From the NCBI GenBank assembly GCA_963422645.2, contig CAXXVO010000006.1, positions 232,390 through 296,389 of the forward strand: a DNA stretch of 64,000 nt. The letters are read 5' to 3'. Under the pieces are notes generated by a model that was not told the origin of the DNA, ran no database searches, and worked only from the letters and a program-made list of their open reading frames with translations. A program made the position numbers and the translations under genes. This stretch comes from Alphaproteobacteria bacterium. Its GTDB lineage: Bacteria; Pseudomonadota; Alphaproteobacteria; UBA828. Positions 1 to 9,842 of this stretch are shown here, in pieces. Position 1 is the first letter of the stretch. Each line of letters opens with the position of its first letter.

Positions 1-25
1 CGAGCATCGGCGCCGGCGGCGAGAG

Positions 26-1051
26 ATGTTCGTGCCGCTGATCCATCCGCCGGGGCATGGGCAGGCGGACTTCGGCGAGGCGCGGGCGGTGATCGGGGGT
101 ATCGCGCGCAAGGCGCACTTCTTCGTGTTCGATCTTCCGCACAGCGACGCCTGCTACGTGCGGGCCTACCCTGCGGCGACGGCCGAGGCGTGGATGGACG
201 GGCATGTGCATGCCTTCGCCTTCTTCGGCGGGGTTCCCCGATCGGTTCTCTACGACAACGACCGCTGCCTGGTGTCGCGCATCCTGGCCCGGCGCAACTT
301 CATGGTGCCGCTGCCACGGTTTGCGAGCTGGGAAGAGTTCAACCTGCGGCTCGAGGAGCAATGCCACAGCCGCCAGGGCGATATCCTGCGCGGACACCGC
401 GAGACCATCGGAGAGCGCCTGGCGCGGGATGTGGCGGCCATGGCCGCGCCGCCGGCTACGCCCTTCGAGGCCTGTGACCAGGCTCCCGGCCAGGTCAGCT
501 CGCAGTCTCTGGTTCGCTATCGGACCAACGACTACTCGGTGCCGGTGGCCTATGGCCATCGTGACGTCTGGGTACGCGGTTACGTCGATCGAGTGGTGAT
601 CGGCTGTGGCGGAGACGTCATCGCCCGCCATCCCCGGTCCTATGAGCGTGAGGACATGATCTTCGAGCCGATCCACTATCTGCCCCTGATCGAGCAGAAG
701 ATCGGCGCCCTGGACCAGGTAGCGCCGCTCGCCGGATGGGACCTGCCGCCCGCCTTCCAGACCCTGCGCCGCCTGATGGAGGCACGCGCGCTCAAGGCGG
801 GGCGGCGGGAGTACGTGCAGGTCCTGCGGCTGCTGGAGAGCTTCGGGCTGGAGGATCTCCACGCCGCAGTGAAGGATGCCCTGCGCCTGGGCGCCATAGG
901 CTTCGACGCGGTCAAGCACCTGGTGCTGTGCCGCCTCGAGAAGCGCCCGCCGAAGCTCGACCTCGATGTCTACCCCTATCTGCCGAAGGCTACCGTCGGC
1001 AGGACCTCGGCGGCCAGCTACATGTGCCTGCTGTCGGAGGACGCGGCATGA
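26..1051 (+). pseudogene. istA: IS21-family transposase IstA, partial, with internal deletion
   Basis: QADFG and LYDND motifs present. 'CLVSRIL' runs straight into 'ARRNFMVPLP', so the segment carrying the catalytic Glu (KGKVE) is absent. The N-terminus probably lies outside the window. Confidence 0.85.
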
Positions 1052-1716
1052 CGGACACGCCCCACATCCTGCTGGCGCACCGCCTCAAGGCCCTGAAGCT
1101 GCCGACCTTCCTGCGCCAATACGAGAAAGTGGCGCACCAGTGCGCGGCCGAGGGCCTGGATCATATCCAGTTCCTGGCCCGGCTGGCGGAGCTGGAGTTG
1201 ATCGAGCGCGAAGGGCGCATGGTCGAGCGGCGCATCAAGGCGGCGAAGTTCCCGCTCGCCAAGAGCCTCGACAGCTTCGACTTCAAGGCCATGCCCGCGC
1301 TGAACAAGCCGCGGGTGCTGGAGTTGGCGCGCTGCGAATGGATCGAGCGGCGCGAGAACGTCATCGCCCTCGGCCCATCGGGCACCGGCAAGAGCCATGT
1401 CGCCCTGGGGCTCGGACTGGCCGCCTGCCAGAAGGGGCTGAGCGTGCGCTTCATCACCGCAGCGGCGCTGGTGCATGAGCTCATGGAGGCGCGTGACGAA
1501 CGACGACTGCTGCGGCTGCAGAAGCAGCTGGCAAGCCTCAAGCTGTTGATCATCGACGAGGTCGGCTTCGTCCCGCTATCGAAGACAGGCGCCGAGTTGC
1601 TGTTCGAGCTGGTCTCCCAGCGCTACGAACGGGGCGCCACCCTGATCACCTCCAACCTCCCCTTCGACGAATGGACCGAGACCTTTGGCTCCGAGCGCCT
1701 CACCGGGGCGCTCCTC
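1048..1716 (+). pseudogene. istB: IS21 helper ATPase IstB, C-terminally truncated and fused in frame to an amidohydrolase fragment
   Basis: ATG overlaps the istA stop; Walker A GPSGTGKS, Walker B LLIIDEVG, ITSN motif; ends at 'GALL' without the usual DRLTHH. Confidence 0.85.
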
Positions 1717-2235
1717 AACGACGACCGCGACATGCTTCTGGAGATGCGCATGGTGCTCAACGTGCACCGCGAGCCGGGCTTCGACGACAGCGTGCCGACC
1801 TCGGCCCAGGTGCTGCGCATGGCGACGTCGAATGGCGCGCAGACGACACCGTTCGGCACCGAAATCGGTTCGCTCGAGGTTGGCAAGGCGGCCGATATGG
1901 TGCTCATCAGCTGGCGCGACATCACCGGCCCGTTCCTCGATCTCGACATCGACGTCTCGGTAATCGACGCGATCGTCCTCCGCGCCAAGTCGTCGGGCGT
2001 CAAGACGGTGCTGGTCGCAGGCGAGCCGATCCTGCGCGACGGCCGCTTCACGCGGCTCGACCGCGAGGCGGCGCTGGCCGAGCTCGCCGCGTCGCTCAGG
2101 CGGCCGGCCGACGACGACGAGCTGCGGCGCATCGCGCTCAGCCGCAACGTGCTGTCCCATGTCCGGAAGTTCTATGACGGCTATCTCGACGCCGAGACGC
2201 GCGAGCCCTTCTACGCCCGCAATTCGCGTCGCTGA
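1717..2235 (+). pseudogene. C-terminal fragment of a metal-dependent amidohydrolase (deaminase-like)
   Basis: NDDRDMLLEMR, LRMATSNGA, GSLEVGKAADMVL and VLVAGEPILRDG are typical amidohydrolase C-terminal motifs; no N-terminal HxH. Confidence 0.75.
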
Positions 2236-2429
2236 ATTTGGCGGCCGATCGAGTCGACGGCCCGCGCCGCCGACGTCGAACAACAGCTTACCGCTGACAC
2301 CGCGTTGTTCGAGCCGTCGCTGCAGGTCGGCGCGGCGTTCGAGTGTCAGCAGGCGTCAACTCCGGCGCGAGATTCAGCCAAAGGGCGGCGCAAAAGACTG
2401 CCACTCGGACTGGTGAGTTGATCCAGGTT

Positions 2430-2500
2430 CCGGCGGCACGCGCCGGTTCGCGAAACAACCGCCGCCACCCGAACACCTGATTGGCGTTGAGGTTGTCCAG
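2430..2500 (-). pseudogene. Short fragment resembling the IS66 TnpA (Orf1) helix-turn-helix
   Basis: Minus-strand 'LNANQVFGWRRLFRE' resembles the IS66 TnpA HTH segment; very short. Confidence 0.4.
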
Positions 2501-2899
2501 ATGCAATCGGAGCTGACCCGTCTCCACCGCCAGCTCGGAATCACGTTCCTCTTCGTCACGCACGCCCAGTTGGAGGCACTGGCGATGGCGAGCCGCGTCG
2601 CGGTGATGAACGAAGGGCGGATCATGCAGATCGGCGCACCGCTTGCCGTCTACCGCGCGCCGACGAACCGCTTCGTCGCCGAGTTCGTCGGGATGAACAA
2701 CATTCTCACGGGCCCGGTCGGCCGGCTCGAGGGAAGCGCGCTCGTGCAGACGGAGTTCGCCCGCCTGCGCGCCCCGATGGCGGCATCGCATGGCGTCGCC
2801 CCGGGCGAGCGCATCTCGGTCGTCATCGGCGCCGACCCTGTCACCCTCTCGGCCGACCGGACGCCACTCGGGCGCGACACCCAGCGAAAAACCGCCTGA
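2501..2899 (+). pseudogene. C-terminal fragment of a PotA/MalK-type ABC ATPase
   Basis: LGITFLFVTH (H-loop), RVAVMNEGRIMQIG and NRFVAEFVG are present; Walker A and the signature motif are missing. Confidence 0.75.
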
Positions 2900-3070
2900 A
2901 ACAACCGAAATGTATCAGAATTCAAGGAGTTCCCGGCACGCTGCCCAGAACAGCCAGCATCACGAGGTCAGGAAGTCTGAACCTATACAGTCAAGCGGAG
3001 ATCAACGACGCGCCGACGGCGAAACGGCACCGACGGCAAGCAACATCAGCACGCACTCAGAACTGGCGGC

Positions 3071-3089
3071 GGGGTACCTGGGTAGTTAC
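3071..3089. mobile_element. Solo IS66-type terminal inverted repeat
   Basis: GGGGTACCTGGGTAGTTAC, identical to the IS66 end at 45376-45394. Confidence 0.8.
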
Positions 3090-3377
3090 GAATTGTTATG
3101 GAAACATCAACAAAAATGAACAGATTGTGGCTCTTACACATTTCCTAAGAGGGCCCATCCGCGTCGGGCACGGTCACCCGACCCCGATAACGAACGAGAC
3201 GGCGCTTTGCGGTCGCTGCCCGCGCGACAGCCGGCCACCGCGGAAAGCGAATCGTCAGGCCGCGTCCCTATACCGATTCGGCGGACCGCGCCATTGCTGC
3301 TAACATTCGTTCCGCGCTGGCGGAATCGCGTACCGAACGGCGCGACACACACACACGGGTTAGAGCGGAGACCGGGG

Positions 3378-4169
3378 GTGGCGCTGACCACGTTGAAGGA
3401 GATGGCGGGCACGCGGCGGGCCAAGTTCGGCACGCTTGCCATCGAGCTCACCTCGCCCGGCATCGGCCATATTCTCAAGGCCGCCGGCGCCCAGTTCCTC
3501 TTCCTCGACATGGAGCATTCCGGCTTCGGCTTTGACACGCTGAAGCAGATGCTGCGTTACACGGAGGCCGCGCAGCTGCCGACTCTCGTGCGCCCGCCGT
3601 CCCGCCACTACCACCACATCGCCCGCGCGCTCGACATGGGCGCCGAGGGGATCATGCTGCCGATGGTGGGCTCAGGTGAGGAAGCGGCGCGAATCGTGGC
3701 GCACGCGAAGTATCCGCCGCACGGGCATCGCGGGGTGGCGTTGGGTGTCGCCCACGACCGTTACGCGCCCGGCGCGCCGGTGACCAAGATGCGCGCCGCC
3801 AACCGCCGGGTTGCCGTGTTCCCGCTGGTCGAGACCCGGCAGGGCGTGGAGAACGTCGAAGCAATCGCCGCCACGGAGGGAGTCGATGGCATCTGGATCG
3901 GCCACTTCGATCTCAGCACCGCGCTCGGGTATCCCGGCCAATTCGATCACCCCGTTGTCATTGAGGCGGAGCAGCGGGTCGCGCGCGCCTGCGTCAAGAA
4001 CAAGAAGTCCTTCGCCTGCATCGTCCCCAATGTCGAGGCCGGCGTCGCTGCCTACCACAAGGGCTACGACATGATCTGCTATTCCGGCGACGTCTGGCTG
4101 CTGCGGGAGACGCTGCGGCAGGGCATCGACGATCTGAAGGCCGCGCTCGCCGACCGACGGAAAGGATAG
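3378..4169 (+). CDS. HpcH/HpaI family aldolase
   Basis: FLDMEHS, RALDMGAEGIMLPMV, YPPHGHRG and DGIWIGHFDLS motifs. Confidence 0.85.
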   Translation: MALTTLKEMAGTRRAKFGTLAIELTSPGIGHILKAAGAQFLFLDMEHSGFGFDTLKQMLRYTEAAQLPTLVRPPSRHYHHIARALDMGAEGIMLPMVGSGEEAARIVAHAKYPPHGHRGVALGVAHDRYAPGAPVTKMRAANRRVAVFPLVETRQGVENVEAIAATEGVDGIWIGHFDLSTALGYPGQFDHPVVIEAEQRVARACVKNKKSFACIVPNVEAGVAAYHKGYDMICYSGDVWLLRETLRQGIDDLKAALADRRKG

Positions 4170-4178
4170 GAGCAGAGG

Positions 4179-4985
4179 ATGCCGAGCGCCGCGCTGCGCG
4201 CGATGATGGGCACGAAGCGGGCCAAATTCGGCTCGTTCGTGATCGAGTTCGACAGCCCCGGCATGGGGCAGATCCTCAAGGCCGCCGGCTGCGAGTACGC
4301 GCTACTCGACATGGAGCATTCCGGCTTCGGCTACGACCAGCTCAAGCGGATGCTGCGCTTCTATCAGGCGGCCGACCTGCCGGTGATCGTCTCCACTGTC
4401 GGCGGCGACTACGACATGGTGGCCCGTGCGCTCGACATGGGGGCGGACGGTATCCAGCCAGCCAAGGTCGGCAACGCCGCCGAGGCGCGCGCCATCCTCG
4501 ATCACGTCCGTTATGCGCCGAAGGGTGCGCGGGGCGTTGCCGTCGGCATCACCCACGACCGCTTCGTCCCCGGTGCGCCGGCGCCCAAGCTCCGCGCCGC
4601 CAACCGGGACGTGGTGTTCTTCCCCAAGATCGAGACGCCCGAGGGGATCGAGGACATCGAGGCCATCGCCGCGCTCGACGGCGTGGACGGCATCTGGATC
4701 GGCCACTTCGATCTCTCGGTTGCCATGGGCATTCCCGCGAAGTTCGACCACACGAGATTCCAGGCAGCGATGCAGCGGGCCGCCGCCGCCTGCGCGCAAC
4801 ACGGCAAGTCGCTGGGACGCATCTACGACGACACCGAAACCGGCTTGGCGCTTTACGAGATCGGCTTCGATTTTCTGTGCTGTTCGGGCGATAGTTGGCT
4901 GCTTCAGCGCGGCGTGGCGGAAGGTATCGCTGCGCTCCGAAAGGTCTGCCGCGGCCCGCGGGCAGGAGCCGCAGGCGGCCGATAG
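4179..4985 (+). CDS. HpcH/HpaI family aldolase (tandem paralogue)
   Basis: LLDMEHS, ALDMGADG and DGIWIGHFDLS motifs. Confidence 0.85.
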   Translation: MPSAALRAMMGTKRAKFGSFVIEFDSPGMGQILKAAGCEYALLDMEHSGFGYDQLKRMLRFYQAADLPVIVSTVGGDYDMVARALDMGADGIQPAKVGNAAEARAILDHVRYAPKGARGVAVGITHDRFVPGAPAPKLRAANRDVVFFPKIETPEGIEDIEAIAALDGVDGIWIGHFDLSVAMGIPAKFDHTRFQAAMQRAAAACAQHGKSLGRIYDDTETGLALYEIGFDFLCCSGDSWLLQRGVAEGIAALRKVCRGPRAGAAGGR

Positions 4986-5033
4986 TTTGGAAGAAAGCGC
5001 GGCGCCGCCGCGCCCAACATGGGGAGACCATCG

Positions 5034-6449
5034 ATGGCAATGAGGTCCATACGATCCACAATCGGCGGGATTGCCGCGCTTGCGGTGCTTGGGGCAGGGG
5101 CAAGCGCCGCCTGGGCCGAGAGCGCTGCGGAGATCGCGGTGCGCGAGGCTCAAGAGTATTCCGGCACCGAGATCAACGTGTTCTGGGAGGCCGGGTTGCA
5201 AGCGCTGGGCCCGCAGAACTTCTCCGGCCCGCTCTGGGAGGAGCTCACCGGAATCAAGGTCAACATCGTCGAAGCCCAGCATGACGAGATGTTCCCCAAG
5301 ATGCTGCAGGAGCATCGGGGCGGCACCGGCGCCTATGACGTCCTGAACGTCGTACCCGCCTGGATGGGCGACATGGTGCGCGCCGGCGCGGTCGAGCCCC
5401 TTGATGCGTACGTGGACAAGTACGGCTATCGGGCGGAGCTCGACGATATCGGCGACGTCTATCGCGAGAACCAGATGCGGATCGGCGACACCATCTACGG
5501 CTTCCCGGATGATGGCGACGTGTTCATTCTCTACTACCGCAAGGACATCTTCGAGGAGATGGGCCTCTCGGTGCCGACCACGTGGGACGAATTCTACGAG
5601 GTCAGCAAGGCGATCACCGACGCGAAGGCGCCGGACGTCTACGGCTCGGGCTTCATGCGCGCGCGCGGCCTCCTGCAATACTTCTATCAGGAGCGGGCGC
5701 GGGTCGAGGGCTGCAAGTTCTTCGACGCCGAGTCCATGAATGCGACGATCAACGGCCCCGGCTGCGTCAAGGCGCTCGCGGGCATGGTCAAGGACAACAC
5801 CACCATGCCGCCCGGCATCGAGGCGTGGGGCTTCGTCGAGACGCTGGCTGCCTTCAACGCCGGCCAGACCGCCATGCTCCAGTCGTGGCCGCCGGTCGGC
5901 CGCTGGTCGGCGGGCTACGGCACCGACGACATCGCCATGCAGTGGGTGCCGCCGTCGGTGGTTTCGGGCAAGGTGGGCTACGCGCTGCCGCCGGGTGGCC
6001 ACCCGCAGCTTGCGGCCGGGTTCGCCATGGCGGTCTCGTCCAGCAGCGAGAACAAGGACGCGGCCTATCTCTACATCCAGTGGATCAACAGCATCGACAT
6101 CAGCCACCAGCGGGTGCAGCTGCCCTACGCACTGCGCGATCCCTTCCGCAAGTCGCACTTCTCGTCTCCGGAGTACCAGTCGCGCTGGCCGGACGCGAAG
6201 TACTATCTTGAAGCGGCTGAGAAGGGCGCGGTCTCGGGCCTGCTCGATCTCTCGATCATCAATACCTTCGCGTATATCGACGCGCTCGCGGCCGGGCTTC
6301 AGGCGGTGATGGGCGGTGGCGATCCACAAGAGGAGCTCGACGACGTCGCCGCCAAGTGGGACGCGCTCACCGAGAAGGTGGGCGTCGATGCGCAGCGCGA
6401 GGCCTACATGGAGTGGGCCTCCAAGCCAGCGGCTTATCCGGGCGACTGA
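5034..6449 (+). CDS. ABC transporter sugar-type extracellular solute-binding protein
   Basis: Signal peptide (AWA|ES); YDV..VVPAWMG, LYYRKDIF and PTTWDE motifs of family-1 SBPs. Confidence 0.85.
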   Translation: MAMRSIRSTIGGIAALAVLGAGASAAWAESAAEIAVREAQEYSGTEINVFWEAGLQALGPQNFSGPLWEELTGIKVNIVEAQHDEMFPKMLQEHRGGTGAYDVLNVVPAWMGDMVRAGAVEPLDAYVDKYGYRAELDDIGDVYRENQMRIGDTIYGFPDDGDVFILYYRKDIFEEMGLSVPTTWDEFYEVSKAITDAKAPDVYGSGFMRARGLLQYFYQERARVEGCKFFDAESMNATINGPGCVKALAGMVKDNTTMPPGIEAWGFVETLAAFNAGQTAMLQSWPPVGRWSAGYGTDDIAMQWVPPSVVSGKVGYALPPGGHPQLAAGFAMAVSSSSENKDAAYLYIQWINSIDISHQRVQLPYALRDPFRKSHFSSPEYQSRWPDAKYYLEAAEKGAVSGLLDLSIINTFAYIDALAAGLQAVMGGGDPQEELDDVAAKWDALTEKVGVDAQREAYMEWASKPAAYPGD

Positions 6450-6462
6450 TCCCGGTTTCTTT

Positions 6463-6490
6463 CGGGGAGGGGCATCGTCCCCTCCCCTTT
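6463..6490 (+). terminator. Hairpin between the tandem SBP genes
   Basis: GGGGAGGGG...CCCCTCCCC stem followed by TTT. Confidence 0.5.
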
Positions 6491-6530
6491 GCTTTCTGGC
6501 GTCTTCGCGCCGAGTCGAGGGAGAACAGCA

Positions 6531-7946
6531 ATGGCAATGGGAACGATGCGGTCAATGATGGGCGGGCTTACCGCGCTCGCTCTGCTTGGGGCGGGGGCAA
6601 GCGCCGCCTGGGCCGAGAGCGCCGCCGAGATCGCGGTGCGTGAGGCCAAGCAGTACGCCGGCACCGAGATCAATGTGATCTGGGAGGCCGGGCTTCAGTC
6701 GCTCGGCCCGCAGAACTTCTCCGGCCCGATGTGGGAAGAGCTCACGGGGATCAAGGTCAATGTGATCGAGTCCCAGGTGAACGAGATGTTCCCCAAGATG
6801 CTGCAGGAGCATCGGGCGGGAACCGGCGCCTATGACGTGCTGAGCGTGGTGCCCGCCTGGATGGGCGACATGGTGCGCGCCGGCGCGGTCGAGCCCCTCG
6901 ACGAATACGTCGACAAGTACGGCTATCGCGAGGAGCTCGAGGATATCGGCGACGTCTATCGCGAGAACCAGATGCGGATCGGCGACACCATCTACGGCTT
7001 CCCGGATGATGGCGACGTGCTGATTCTCTATTACCGCAAGGACATCTTCGAGGAGATGGGCCTTTCGGTCCCGACCACGTGGGACGAGTTCTACGAGGTC
7101 AGCAAGGCGATCACCGACGCGAAGGCGCCCGAGGTGTACGGCGCCGGCTTCATGCGGGTACGCGGCCTCCTGCACTACTTCTATCAGGAGCGGGCGCGCA
7201 ACGAGGGTTGCAAGTTCTTCGACGCCGAGTCCATGAAGGCGTCGGTCAACGGCCCGGGCTGCGTCAAGGCGCTTGCCGGCATGGTGAAGGACAACACCAC
7301 CATGCCGCCCGGCGTCGAGCAGTGGGGCGCGATCGAGTCTTTGGCCGCCTTCAACGCCGGCCAGATCGCCATGACCCAGTGGTGGCCGCCGGTCGGCCGC
7401 TGGTCGGCGGGCTATGGCACCGACGACATCGCCATGCAGTGGGTGCCGCCGTCGGTGGTTGCGGGCAAGGTGGGCTATGCGCTGCCTCCGGGCGGCCATC
7501 CCCAGCTCGCTGCCGGGTTCTCGATGGCAGTCTCGTCCGACAGCAATAACAAGGACGCGGCTTACCTCTACATCCAGTGGATCAACAGCATCGACATCAG
7601 CGGCCAGCGGGTGCAGCTGCCCTACACGCTGCGCGATCCCTTCCGCAAGTCGCACTTCTCGTCGCCGGAGTACCAGTCGCTTTGGCCGGATGCGAAGGAA
7701 TACCTCGATGCCTTGCAGGCGGGCGGGGTCTCCGGCCTGCTCGATCTCTCGATCATCAACACCTTCGCCTACGAGGATGCACTGGCGATCGGGCTTCAGG
7801 CGGTGATGGGCGGTGCCGACCCGCAGGAGGAGCTCGACGACGTGGCCGAGGCGTGGGACGCGCTCACCGAGAAGGTGGGCGTTGACGCGCAGCGCGAGGC
7901 CTACATGCAGTGGTCCTCGAAGCCGGCCGCCTATCCGTTCGACTAA
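6531..7946 (+). CDS. ABC transporter sugar-type solute-binding protein (close tandem duplicate)
   Basis: Long stretches identical to 5034-6449 at both DNA and protein level. Confidence 0.85.
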   Translation: MAMGTMRSMMGGLTALALLGAGASAAWAESAAEIAVREAKQYAGTEINVIWEAGLQSLGPQNFSGPMWEELTGIKVNVIESQVNEMFPKMLQEHRAGTGAYDVLSVVPAWMGDMVRAGAVEPLDEYVDKYGYREELEDIGDVYRENQMRIGDTIYGFPDDGDVLILYYRKDIFEEMGLSVPTTWDEFYEVSKAITDAKAPEVYGAGFMRVRGLLHYFYQERARNEGCKFFDAESMKASVNGPGCVKALAGMVKDNTTMPPGVEQWGAIESLAAFNAGQIAMTQWWPPVGRWSAGYGTDDIAMQWVPPSVVAGKVGYALPPGGHPQLAAGFSMAVSSDSNNKDAAYLYIQWINSIDISGQRVQLPYTLRDPFRKSHFSSPEYQSLWPDAKEYLDALQAGGVSGLLDLSIINTFAYEDALAIGLQAVMGGADPQEELDDVAEAWDALTEKVGVDAQREAYMQWSSKPAAYPFD

Positions 7947-8115
7947 GCCGAACACTCTCGGAGGGGGCGCAACCCGCGTCCCCTCCCCTCTTCCCCCCTC
8001 TCGCAGGTAACTCGGCAGACGCCGATGTTGACGTGCGTGCCGTGCGCGTGGAACGTCGGGACGCTGTCTTCCGCCGAGTCGGAAGCGCTCGGCCCGCTGC
8101 ACGAGGGGAATTGGG

Positions 8116-8763
8116 ATGAGAGCAATTCTGTCAGCCGTGGCCGGGAGCGCCTTTGCGACCCTGGCACTGTTGTCCCCCCCGAGCCACGCCGAACAGGTTG
8201 GCCTCTACTTCGGCGCCGATGTCGGGGTGTTCGATTTCGATCTCCCCGGTGAGCTGTCGCGGCTCCAGGGGTGCAGCAACGGCAGTTGCAGCGACTTCGA
8301 GACTCCCACCTACGACGACACGAACTTTCGGATCAGCGGCGTCGTGGGCATGGGCCTTACCGAGATGCTTCGGGCCGAGGCCGAAGTCTTCTTCGACATC
8401 GACACGGCTTCCGGCAGCGAGCGTCAGACCCACGGGCTGAGCGCCTCGGTTTCCGGCGATGTCCGCACCTATGGCGTGATGCTGAACTCCTGGGTGGACC
8501 TCGGAGCCGGCACGACGTGGGGTTTCTATGCCGGCGGTGGCGCCGGCATGTTGTTTGCCGACACCAGCCACCGAATCCTCGATAGAGCACAAATTGCTCT
8601 CGAGGGCGGCGACGAGACGGACACGGAATTCGCCTATCAGCTGGGCTTGGGCGTTCACTTCCAGGGCTGGCATGTGGGATATCGCTTCCTCAAGACCGGC
8701 GACCTCAACGACTACGGCGATATCACCCAGCACGTCTTGATGGCGGGCCTGCGCATGTGGTGA
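8116..8763 (+). CDS. Outer-membrane beta-barrel protein (OmpW/opacity-porin-like)
   Basis: Signal peptide, alternating beta-strand pattern, YAGGGAG and FAYQLGLG motifs, C-terminal aromatic residue (GLRMW). Confidence 0.7.
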   Translation: MRAILSAVAGSAFATLALLSPPSHAEQVGLYFGADVGVFDFDLPGELSRLQGCSNGSCSDFETPTYDDTNFRISGVVGMGLTEMLRAEAEVFFDIDTASGSERQTHGLSASVSGDVRTYGVMLNSWVDLGAGTTWGFYAGGGAGMLFADTSHRILDRAQIALEGGDETDTEFAYQLGLGVHFQGWHVGYRFLKTGDLNDYGDITQHVLMAGLRMW

Positions 8764-8855
8764 GGCGTCGAGCCTCCGACCTGCCGAAGAGCCATCGACG
8801 CGACTAGGCGCCGCGGTTATTCTCCGGCCCGCTCAGGTTTGGGGAAAGCGCGCCC

Positions 8856-9842
8856 ATGCGCATCGTTCGGCACTGGCAGTCAACGCCCGCGGAGGCGCGG
8901 GGCGGGGTGGTTGCCGTCGGCAATTTCGACGGCGTCCATCTGGGCCATCGTGCGGTCATCGAGGAAAGCCGGCGTATCGCCCACTCCCTCGGCGCGCCGC
9001 TTGCCGTGCTTACCTTCGAGCCGCACCCGCGCCAGGTGCTTGCGGCGCCCGGGGAGCCATTCAGGCTCACCCCCTTGAGAATCAAGGCCCGCCACCTCGC
9101 CGCACTCGGTGTAGACATCCTCTTCGTCGCGCGCTTCGACCGCGCCTTCGCCGCCCGCGAGCCCGCGTCCTTCGTTGCGGACGTGGTGGCGGCGGGCATC
9201 GGCGCCCGCCACGTCGTGGTCGGCCACGACTTCGCCTTCGGCCGCGGGCGCGCCGGCACGGTCGCCCTGCTCACCGAGGTGGGCGGCTCGCTCGGGGTCG
9301 GCGTGACCAGCATCGAGGCTGCCGGCACGGGCACGACGATCCATTCGGCGAGCCGGGCCCGGCGCCTGCTGGCGGACGGCGACGTCGCCGCGCTGCCTGA
9401 GGTGCTCGGCCGCTATTGGGAGATCGACGGACATGTCGTCGCGGGTGATCGCCGCGGGCGGACCATCGGCTTCCCCACCGCCAATCTGCGCTGCGCCGGC
9501 ATTCTGCACCCCGCGCGCGGGGTCTATGCGCTGTGGGCCCAGCCCGGCGGCGACGCACACTGGTACCCGGCGGTGGCCAACCTCGGTCGCCGGCCGACCT
9601 TCGACAAGACGGAGGACCTTCTCGAGGTGCATATCTTCGACTACGCCGCCGATCTCTACGGCAAGCGGCTGCGCGCCGCCTTCGCCGACCGCGTGCGGCC
9701 CGAGCGCCGCTTCGACGGCATCGACGCCCTGAAGGCGCAGATTGCCAACGACTGCGACACCGCCCGCACCATCCTCGCCCGCTCGCCCGCGCCGGACGCC
9801 GAAGAGTCCGCCGCCCTGCCCCGCCGCCAGGCCAGCTCATGA
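8856..9842 (+). CDS. ribF: Bifunctional riboflavin kinase / FAD synthetase
   Basis: GNFDGVHLGH, TFEPHP, GRTIGFPTAN and EVHIFD motifs; upstream of ileS. Confidence 0.95.
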   Translation: MRIVRHWQSTPAEARGGVVAVGNFDGVHLGHRAVIEESRRIAHSLGAPLAVLTFEPHPRQVLAAPGEPFRLTPLRIKARHLAALGVDILFVARFDRAFAAREPASFVADVVAAGIGARHVVVGHDFAFGRGRAGTVALLTEVGGSLGVGVTSIEAAGTGTTIHSASRARRLLADGDVAALPEVLGRYWEIDGHVVAGDRRGRTIGFPTANLRCAGILHPARGVYALWAQPGGDAHWYPAVANLGRRPTFDKTEDLLEVHIFDYAADLYGKRLRAAFADRVRPERRFDGIDALKAQIANDCDTARTILARSPAPDAEESAALPRRQASS

